Positions 54,274 to 64,000 of a DNA stretch of 64,000 nt are shown here, in pieces. The position numbers and the translations under genes were made by a program. The notes below the pieces were generated by a model that was not told the origin of the DNA, searched no databases, and was given only the letters and a program-made list of their open reading frames with translations. Numbering within the stretch: position 1 is the first letter of the stretch; each line of letters opens with the position of its first letter. Source of the DNA: Octopus sinensis (lineage: Eukaryota); the NCBI RefSeq assembly GCF_006345805.1, contig NC_042997.1, forward strand, positions 94,302,001 through 94,366,000, in the 5' to 3' direction.

Positions 54274-54639
54274 TATAGAAAATATAAATGAGTAACAGAA
54301 AGGTACAAGTGTCAATTCGTCATTCGGTCAGTACTTATGTACCAAGTTTGATATTTAATTAATATTGTTGTGAATGTATATCATTCACACACACACACAC
54401 ACGCATACATTTATGTGTGTGCGTGTGTGCGTGTGTGCGTGTGTGCGTGTGCATGCGAAAACGCACAAGTCACCATGCTAATAGTGTTCGATATGGAAAC
54501 CACATTTAGCAGGTGCTTGAGTAACGAGTATAAAATGATTGAAACACAGGGTTGTTTATAACACGGGAAAAAAGGACAGCTTTAGTTGAAAAGAAGACGG
54601 AAGACATGTTAATGGAATTTTGACAATTTCATTACATAT

Positions 54640-54809
54640 ATTATTTACATTATTTACATTAGACGGATATTTGTCCTCATCTTGTTTGTTGTTAACACAA
54701 CGTTTCGGCTGATATACCATTTAGCCTTCTTCAGGTGTCTTGGGGAAATTCCGAACCTGGGTTCTCATGCCTAAGGTATTTTTCGATGTTATCATCATCA
54801 TCATCATCA

Positions 54810-54891
<82 letters not shown>

Positions 54892-55062
54892 TGTTACGGC
54901 CTGGAATCGAACTCGGAATCTTGAGGTTAGAAGCCTGCGCTCTTAATCACTACGCCATATGCCCGTTGTGTTAACAACAAACAAGATGAGGACAAATATC
55001 CGTCAAATGTAAATAATGTAAATAATGTACATGATTCCTCATCTCTTAAATATAGAACTGTA
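54640..55062 (-). mobile_element. tRNA-headed, hammerhead-containing SINE-like element with inverted tail
   Basis: tRNA-like head 54893-54964 (TGGCGTAGTGA, loop CTTCTAA, GTTCGATTC), (AAT)n/(GAT)n, hammerhead 54694-54740; 63-bp inverted repeat 54640-54702 / 54964-55026. Confidence 0.85.
54694..54740 (-). ncRNA. Predicted minimal type I hammerhead ribozyme
   Basis: Minus strand GACAC-CTGAAGA-A-GGCT-loop-AGCC-GAAA-CG-TT-GTGTT; palindromic stem III AACGTT. Confidence 0.8.
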
Positions 55063-57854
55063 TTCATTACATATGTTTCAATAGTTACATCTATCGAATG
55101 AACATTATCAAAATATTTGGACATTTTTCAAGTGATGAAGATAATTCGATAAAGATTATTGAATCATATTTAATGAAAGATAATCTTTATATCCAACTTA
55201 ATGTAGATGTTTCGTTAAAACAGTGAATACTGCTTTATTAGCCTTGAGAAATCCTCTCATATTTGCTCTTGGGGCATAAGAGCACACTCGTAGATTGTAG
55301 CAGCCGAGAATCTTTTGTCATGGGCGCCGGAATTCTCAAACTCCGTGATGTCGTCCTACTGGAACCATCAACTGGAAGCGACTGGTCACCGTATACCATT
55401 GAAATCTCGGTGCTACAATACATAGAATATTAGGATCTCTTCAGATACTGATGCCGCAACTTAAATGCTTAGGATCCTGATCCAAACAAACCGCGACAGA
55501 AGCAGTCTGAATACTAATATGTAATCTTTATATCTAACTTAACATGGATGTCTTGGAATACTGCTTTATTAACCTCGAGAGATCCTTTCCTATAGGCACT
55601 TATGCAAAAAGCCTCATAACGTCTAGTCCATGAAAGTGTTACATTTTGTTGATCGCAGATGATACATTTCCTGACTTAGAGCGCGAAAGGCCTGACCATG
55701 TTGAACAAGTTCATGATCCCCGAGTTGCCGTGATTGGCAGTGAAAACCAAGTGCGATGTATCATGACATTCCTTACATCATACTTCACTCTGTCATCCTG
55801 TACTGTCAATACGTTTAATACACATATAAGAGAGTTAACATTTTGGTACGCTCGGTAGCATCACATTAGATCATCTTCATTTTCTGTTTACTGGAAATAT
55901 ATGGCAAAACTTTCAAAATATATCATTGGTTATGTCATCCTACCTGGTGATTCCTCCTGCTTCTACTACCGCAATCAGGCTTCATTGCTCACCTAAATCA
56001 GACCTTCGTCACCATATAAAGATCATATATTTTCGCAAATTTATTGACTGCACATATGAAGGCATACATTTTAAATTTGGTAACTGTTATCACACTTATG
56101 AATGAACAATGTCTTCTTCTGTCAGTGAAAGAATGAACAGTCACATCTATTATGACGTATAATTCGGTTGCCTGTCTGCGTAAGTTGTATCGAAGTTAAA
56201 GTTATGGACAACAGTGAAAATCGTGTCTTCTTAGTGTATTAGAAGAAACATGGCACATTTTCTGCAATTTTTTCAATGTAAACCAAGCTAATATCTACTT
56301 AAAGCACTGACAATACCAAATGTTATTGTAACATAACATATTTCTTCAATGCTTTTATCTAACGTACCCGAATGTATGATAGTAACAATAGTTTTGTATG
56401 AAATAAGTTAAATATTTTGATAAAAGACTATTTTTGTACATGAATGTTGCTTAGATTTAAAACAACTGATTTCAATTTGTTGATGGAAAGAAACCAATAT
56501 AAAAATAGGTGTATTGATGATATTCGTCTGATGCACATATAAGCTGTTTAAGAAATTGGTTATGTAATGCCATATGGTACATTATAACCACGCGATTATA
56601 GAAGCCAAATGCCAAACAGAAGACAAAGTCTGTACTATTACATTTAGCAAGAAGCTCACGAGTGTAGTTATAATCTCGAAGATATAGTCTTAAAATCTAT
56701 TTTTCTCTATACGTAACACTACACATACATATAAGACAATCACTCGCAATTCCACGTACATGTGATTAAAGTTTTTTTAACATTTGATTCCCGCGACCGC
56801 CTATATTGTATGACATTTGCAATCGAAACAGTTTCCTATCATCTCATGATCAATCGATTTCTCAATATCCTCTCTTATTCCCCGAAACCACCACTTCCAC
56901 GTTTGCATAGTCTTTGTGTCCCTGAAATAAGAGTTAAGTCTGACATCTTTTACAATACAAGGAATGTAAAAATAAGAATAAAAATAAAAACACATGATAG
57001 CATTTGTAATCAACCTATTCCAGCTATTATTTCGAAACAACATTTCGAGCGAAGTAAGAGACAAGTAAGGATATAATTGATATGGAAGAACATTTCATGA
57101 ACAAGAAGAAATAGAAAAGAAAAAGGAAAACGAAAAACCTATTTTCTTTTAAAAGTTTCCCATGTAAATTGAGCGTTAAATAACTGATAACCGGGAAGAA
57201 AAGTAAATGTACTTTGAGGACAAATGTGTTCTGTTGGAATTATCTAGAGAACACATGAGAAAAATCAATAAATGGCTTGTTCTACTTTAGAGATATGAAT
57301 CCCATCACAGATAGTGACAGACTACTCCTACTATTTTGAAATAGTATTTGAAAGACTCCGGTGAATCCATATAAAGCTATGTTTTAATTTTGTTCACTGA
57401 ATAACATATTTTATCTTGGGTCTTAACATCCCTTATGATCTCATATGGAATCACAACAAAACGATTAATACTATTTTATTGCTGGGAATGCAAAATTAAG
57501 GAATTTATAATTTAAAAAAATTCTTGTGTGTTGATTGAATTATGAGTTAGAAGCGATGTTCAGAATCATGCATTTTGAGGTCATGAATATTACACATGGA
57601 TATTTTTGTGGAGTTAGAACAAGTATTTATGTTTTATTTAACACAGATGATATATTTTAGTTTGGCAAGTTTAATAAGAATATGTTTATTTTATTTTTTT
57701 TAAAGTGTAAACTCTTCATGAACGAAATTTGAATACTATAACTATGTGAAAATTTAAACTCGCGAATGCTTCTGAAATAAAAAGTAATGTCAAGGAGAAA
57801 GTGTATAGGTGTGGAATCAAGACAAAGGAAGAAAATAATTGTTTTTAACTTAGA

Positions 57855-58040
57855 AACAAGGCAAGCAATTTTGCGCGAAGAGTGTTCGTCGATATTATCG
57901 ATCCTAGTACTTAACTGGTACATTATTTTATCGACCACGAAAAGATGAAAAAGATTGTGTATCTTCAATGAGATTCGAGCACAGAATGTAAAGAACCTGA
58001 AGTAATACCTCAAGGTATTTTTCCCGTCGCTCTAACAATC
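57855..58040 (-). mobile_element. Nin-domain SINE (family C), decayed
   Basis: GTCGATATTATCGATCCTAGTACTTAACTGGTAC...TTTTATCGACCACGAAAAGATGAAA. Confidence 0.7.
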
Positions 58041-58724
58041 CATTCAGAACACATCTAACCAATAGAGAAAACCAACAGAGGAGCAAGATTTACAAAGCTG
58101 ACGTGAAATTGTTGATGTTTTAATGTGTTGCATACAAAAAACAAACAAACAAACAAACAAAACAAAAATACGCTTCAATTTTCTCTTAAGTAAACTTTCT
58201 CAAAAGTGACACATTCTATTTTCTAAACCATTTTGCACTAATTTTTAAATATCTGATTTAGTTCCTAATGGGGAAATACTCAGCAAATATAAATAATACA
58301 TATCTTTCAACGGAAAGAAAAAAAAAATTCCAAATAAGTCGAGGAGTATAACATCTTCAGATATCTGAGACAATTATCAAACAGTTAGATTTTAAAATGA
58401 CTCAAGAGAGGGTTTTGTTATTATGTTTTTTTTCGTTAATTTAAGTTTCACAAATGGTCAATGAAGGAGTACGTTGCAGTTCGTTTGGATCAAGTTTCCA
58501 AGAATTGTTTTGGAACTTCTTCATCTCATCTTCTGCATGAAGTTATATTAACACTTGTTGCAATCATTTTATAGCAGGGACAACGAATGTGACCTGTGTT
58601 GTTCTCAACACAGGGGTTTGAATTTTGGACCATTAGATTTTATACATCATCAGTTACAGTTTTATCTTCTGTTATTAAAGTATATTATTTGTGTGTTATT
58701 TTAGTTGTGATGTACTATGGGTAT

Positions 58725-59065
58725 GTGAAGGCGTATGGCTCAGTGGCTAGAGCGTCGAGCTTGAGATCGTGAGGTTATGAGTTCGATTCGCGGACCGGGC
58801 TGCATATTGTGTTCTTGAGCAAGACACTTTATTTCACGTTGCTCCAGTTAACTGAGCTGCAGAAATGAGTTGCGACATCACTGGTGCCAAGCTGTATCGA
58901 CATTAGCTTTTCCCTTGGATAACATCAGTGGCGTGAAGAGGGGAGGCTGGTATACATGGGCGACTGCTGGCCCTCCATAAACAAACTTGCCCGGACTTGT
59001 ACCTAGGGGGGTAACTTTCTTGGTGCAATCCCATGGTCATTCATGACCGAAGGGGGTATCCCCAT
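58725..59065 (+). mobile_element. tRNA-derived SINE, family B', full length with TSD
   Basis: TGGCTCAGTGG A box, GAGTTCGATTC B box; TSD TATGGGTAT at 58716-58724 and 59066-59074. Confidence 0.92.
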
Positions 59066-59554
59066 TATGGGTATCGCTTTGTAGTATGAGTATTGCTATC
59101 AATGATAAAGTAAGGTTAGCTAATGTTTCTTTTTGTAATTTCGCTTTGTGTTGCTTGATAAAATGCATTGCAATTGCCTCTCGTGATAACTAGTACTAAG
59201 CTACAGCTAATCATTCAAAGTCTCGTGCCGACGTGTAAACTAATTCTATTCTCATATAAATAGTACACACATCGCATCACTTTGTCTGAAATATGACACT
59301 GATAACGTCGAGAAAGGTTGTCGAGGGACTTGGGAATTTTATCATTCAATGGAAAGTGAAAAATGCATATATTATGTTTAAGAAGCAAAAGGAATAATAT
59401 ATGAAATAAAATTAGAATACAACGAATGCATTACATTTGTACGTGTGAAGGAATGCATGTGTACATACACACAAAAGCACACACGCACACACGCACACGC
59501 ACACACGCACGAACACACACACGCGCACACACATTCGTATGTGTGTGTGCACCG

Positions 59555-59945
59555 TTGTTGGTGTCCAAAGCCAGCAATTCGAAGAGAGAATAAGTCGATT
59601 ACATCGACTCTAGTATTCAATGGGTAATTATTTAATCGACCCCGAAAGGATGAAAGGCAAAGACGGCCTCGGCAGAATTTGAATTGAAGCCCGTAAAGAC
59701 GGGCGAAATACCTATTTCTTTACTACCCGCAAGGAGCTAGACATAGAGGAGACAAACAAGGACAGATAGACGGATTAAGTCGATTATATCGACCCCAGTG
59801 CGTAATTGGTACTTAATTTATCGACCCCGGAAGGATGAAAGGCAAATTCGACCTCGGTGGAATTTGATCTCAGAACGTAATGGCAGACGAAATACCGCTA
59901 AGCATTTTGTCTGGCGTTCTAACGACTCTGCCTACTCGCCATCTT
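59555..59945 (-). mobile_element. Nin-domain SINE (family C), head-to-tail dimer
   Basis: Two Nin cores; junction GAAATACCTATTTCTTTACTACCC at 59705-59728. Confidence 0.88.
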
Positions 59946-61959
59946 CGCACCATTATAGATATTAACGAGTGTTTGTTAGTTCACGGTGGAGAAAGATTAT
60001 TCTATTTCAAACGTTTGGTTTTTCTGATCTGTGACCTTCTTGTAATATTTGTACTCATTAACAAACCTTTAGAGAATGGTGCTTCCGTTGCACAATGGTT
60101 TGTCCCTATCAAATTTGACATGTGTGTATATTTCCGTGGTCTTTTTTCTGTTCCCTGTGAACATGAAAACCTAACGCCTTGGCTTCCTCAAGGAGTTAGA
60201 ATGCATATTGAGAATCGTGACAATGAAATACCAACTTCCGTAATTTCCTCAGTAGTTAAGGGATACAGAAAGTGCCTAACAGTTAGCCGTCTCGAATCTA
60301 GAGTGAAGCTGTTTTCTTTGTTAAAGTACAGTTGAGGACCTAAGTCATGTCTTTGTCTTACCATAGTGGCATAAGTCTTCTTTCTTTCGAGTTCTATGAG
60401 AGGAAAAGATCTATCATGTTTAGAGTGCGTGGCCATGTAGATGTTTATGCATAGGTGGTTTGTGTGTGATGATGTTATGTGTGCTTGTTTTAAGTTTCCT
60501 GAAAACGCTGTAGCGGCACGTGCTGTGTTATGAAAAATGGGGTGAAAGTATACACACAGCTTTTATAATTAGAACTGCTTAATGTTTGTGATCCGCACCA
60601 ACGTAGGAGTTTACTATTCATGTCTGAACTAAGACATCGGAAAAAAAAAAACATGGAATAAAACGATACCGAAACATTGTCGAGATGGTTGATTTGATGA
60701 GCAGAATTGGAGAGTAACAAATGATCCAATGTTGTGATGTTGTGATGCAGGACAAGTGAGCAGTTGTTATGTAACTCGATAAACCAATCAATTAATCTTT
60801 GAACAGTCTTGTTTACATATAGATCATCATACGGGAGTTATTTCATAGGTAATAGAAGAGGCCCCTGACTGTGCAGATGAACTGGTCCGACATGTGGAAA
60901 GAAAAGTAGTTAGGATATGAAAGTTTGTCTTTTCAGAGGAGATGGATAGGCCCAACAAAAGGGATGCAAATAAAAAAGATGACCCGGAGTGCATGTGTGT
61001 AGGAAGAGAACCTACGAAGCAGTAAGTAACGTTAAACTAAACTTTTTAGTTTGCAATTCCGTGCTTCTCTTGTTTGTTTCGTTATTCAGACAATTCCTTG
61101 AACTTTAAATGTCATTAGCGGAGACCTAGCCGCCCCCTCTTTTACAGTTACTTTCATTTAATTAAGTGAGATCAAAGAATACCATGATTATAGATATACT
61201 CATGTAGCGTATATGAAATATTCACAAGTTTAACCTAAGATAGAAAAAAGTGAACCGCCCACTTTTCTTAGGCTGCACTTGTAAATGTTTTATGCTTATA
61301 TTACCAAAATCTTAACCGTTTACACACACACACACACACACATACACGGGAAGACACACAATCGTGCACGCACACAAACGTGTATATGTGGAGGGTGGGA
61401 GAGAGAGACAGAAAAAGATATCTGATATTTTTATGGCTTTACGTGCAACATCATGAATGTTGTTATTGAATCAATCCCTTTTGTGATTCAAGTGTGAAAT
61501 GATATTTTATACACATAAATAGTTGTTTTTGTTTCCTTTACGTTATGCGAAAACGTGATTTTCTGAGAAACTCAGAAGCATAGACATACATTTCTGTCTT
61601 TCTATCTACACATTTACCAAATTCCTCTCTTTATCTCTCTCTTTCTTATCTTTATACATAGATACACGCCCAGATACACACAATCGCACATATGCACGCA
61701 TGCACGGACACACACACTCACATACACACATAAATACATATAAATATAAATGTATACGTCCATATATGTTTGTGTATGTGTCTGTGTATCGATGTGTGTG
61801 TGTAATATAACGGGTGCACTTATCTATAGATCATCACACATGCATATGCATATTCTTAAACTTATATATATACATTACGAGCATAAAAAAACACATTGCT
61901 GCAGCGAAATCAATATTTCTACCCAGCACATATGTCAAACAAGATATAAATTGACGCCG

Positions 61960-62330
61960 AAATTCCGATTCATAAAAGCGGATATCGGAATTCGCAATTC
62001 ATACAAGCTGGAAATGAAGATGAGATGCTATGCAAATATAAAAAATAATTCTTAGAATTCCTGGAAATAAAAGCGGCTCAATCTTACTAATCTGAAGCAA
62101 AATCACAGGATCAAAGCAAACATCATTATGTTTAAAAATTTGCCCATAAAAATGCATTCAAATGAAAACAACTAAAGTCTTAGAAGCGGCATGAGCAAAT
62201 AAATGCTATAATTCAGATGGTCAAGAAGGACATTGCACATTCAAGCATAATAACATCTAAAGGGGAATATACGTGGAAGAAAACGTAATGAAGAAATACA
62301 AGAAAAATCATAGAAGTGACATAAAATTTG
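61960..62330 (+). mobile_element. Highly decayed RTE-like LINE 3' region
   Basis: LEMKMRCY...W..K..N followed by W..GHI and G.IRGRK-like remnants in shifting frames. Confidence 0.4.
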
Positions 62331-63952
62331 TAAAATCAGGAATGATATGGATTATCTGAATAACTAACGAAATATATATTTCAGATGAATTGCTCTGTAA
62401 AAAAGGTGAATATAATTTATCATTGAATTAATCATCTGATACTGATGCATCTTGACTACCAAAGTGTATAGGATATACATGGACTAGAGCGTAGTTTACT
62501 GAATCGAAACCATTGCCTTACAATTACGTATTCTGAATGATGAACGTACAAATCAAGCGCTATATGTAATATAAGTTATTTGAATCTATCCTCTACAATT
62601 TATGTCAATTTTCTGCCCTCTCTCCCCTTAATAGTCTATCATATCTTTCAAAATACATCGTTCAAAGTCTCTACCACAGTATCAAACCGAATTTACTGAA
62701 ACTACATCATCATGAATTAGGTTACAGGGCATCAGATATTCAATAGATACGTGCATTCAAATATGAACATTCAGCTTAAATTTATTGTGACATTAAAAGA
62801 AAACTAGAATATAGAGTATCACATAACGAAGTTTTTGATGATGGGAATATAACATCAAAGGTAAATCAAGCGATGACCATTGTATTTTTTTCTTTTCAGC
62901 AATAGTCTACTCTAGAATGCATTGTCAAGTGTAACACGTAAAGCATAATTTAAGGAAAACTCGGTTTCCATTTCCTGTAGGAAGATCGGCTGCATAGAGG
63001 TAGCTCTTTGAACAAAGTAATTAAGACTGACAGACGAAGTTTATGTCTTTCATATCATGGAAATAAACAAGAAAATGATACTTTTACAATTTTACAATGA
63101 TGCTGATACAATTTTAAAACAAAATATTACCTTACAACGATTGGTGATAGTGAAATATAAGAACATCAATTCTGAAGGAAGAGAAGCTAAAATATATTTT
63201 GAATTGAAAATACCTTGTTTAAACTTGTTCTAGCTGTTTACCTTTAGGTTAAGTCTCATGCTTATCCGTTTAAAAAAAAAAAAAATTATTTCAGTTGTGA
63301 CAATTCTATCTTTTGAGGCGAATTGTGTGCAATACAATTGCTAAAGTATCATATAATTTTAAAGGTGGTAGAAGACGCTAAGTAGGTGATTTGACTAATA
63401 TTTTTCGGGCTGAATCACTTACCTTAAAATCTAATACATGTAAGTTTGCTTAACAGGAAGTCAAACAACCATTTTGCGTATCCCTCGGTTGCCGGTCAAA
63501 CCCACTGATATTACTGATGCTTAGATCCGCTTCTTTTTTTAGCTGACCTAAGATGAAAGGTTTTCGTATCCGATTATTCTGTGGGTTCTGATACATTATC
63601 TTATACTAAATTATTCAATATATGCACGTCTATTTTAAGAACTAAGGACTGGGTTCCAGAAATAATAGATTAAGCTACCAGTTTTTGTAAGCAGAGGAAA
63701 TCTGCCAAAAGAAGGTGGCTGGGCGATCTTCACGATAAACGTGGTTGATAACAGGATCCGCCCTACACGTGTCAACAGCTAGTCAACAAACCTCCACAAG
63801 TCAGCAATGTCCAGACACTAGACGAGTGCATGCAGAACAGTTTCATCACACTGGGCAGATCGACAGCAAACTTTTTCGTGAATTTCGTAAGACGCGATAT
63901 AAACAACAGGAAAATTACAATCTGTTCAATATTCAATATTGTTCTGTTACCT

Positions 63953-64000
63953 AGGTCGACTTTGCCTTTCATCCTTTCGGGGTCGATAGATTAAGTACCA
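63953..64000 (+). mobile_element. Nin-domain SINE core running off the window end
   Basis: AGGTCGACTTTGCCTTTCATCCTTTCGGGGTCGATAGATTAAGTACCA. Confidence 0.85.

Noticed and set aside
54893-54964. tRNA-Arg(TCT) gene
   Set aside because: Acceptor stem does not pair and there is no oligo-T terminator; it is a SINE head. The same applies to the other SINE heads.
63660-63954. GC-richer segment with a 69-aa ORF as a possible host exon
   Set aside because: No recognisable protein similarity or convincing splice-site pair.

Overview
Eukaryotic, AT-rich, microsatellite- and transposon-saturated non-coding DNA. It is most likely an intron or intergenic stretch of an octopus (cephalopod) genome, inferred from the tRNA-headed and Nin-domain SINE families and the (TA)n/(TAA)n/(CA)n load. 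No host protein-coding gene is recognisable; nearly all short ORFs are microsatellite artefacts or transposon fragments. The only long ORF (48975-51614, 879 aa) is a young, 5'-truncated R4/Dong-type non-LTR retrotransposon (RT + CCHC + restriction-like endonuclease) sitting in (TAA)n. Decayed CR1, RTE, Tx1/L1, R4/Dong, mariner and three Penelope-like (PLE) elements and more than 25 SINE copies are also present. The most interesting layer is RNA-structural: at least seven hammerhead-ribozyme loci from about six small families. They include (i) two diverged copies (5123-5200 +, 32079-32158 -) of a hammerhead whose three strands are in a non-circularly permuted order, supported by compensatory base changes; (ii) a tRNA-Arg-headed SINE ending in a minimal hammerhead, with an inverted tail copy (54640-55062); and (iii) a perfect 168-bp-arm palindrome with a hammerhead in each arm (34125-34473). 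Repeat boundaries are by eye and approximate unless a TSD or TIR is quoted.
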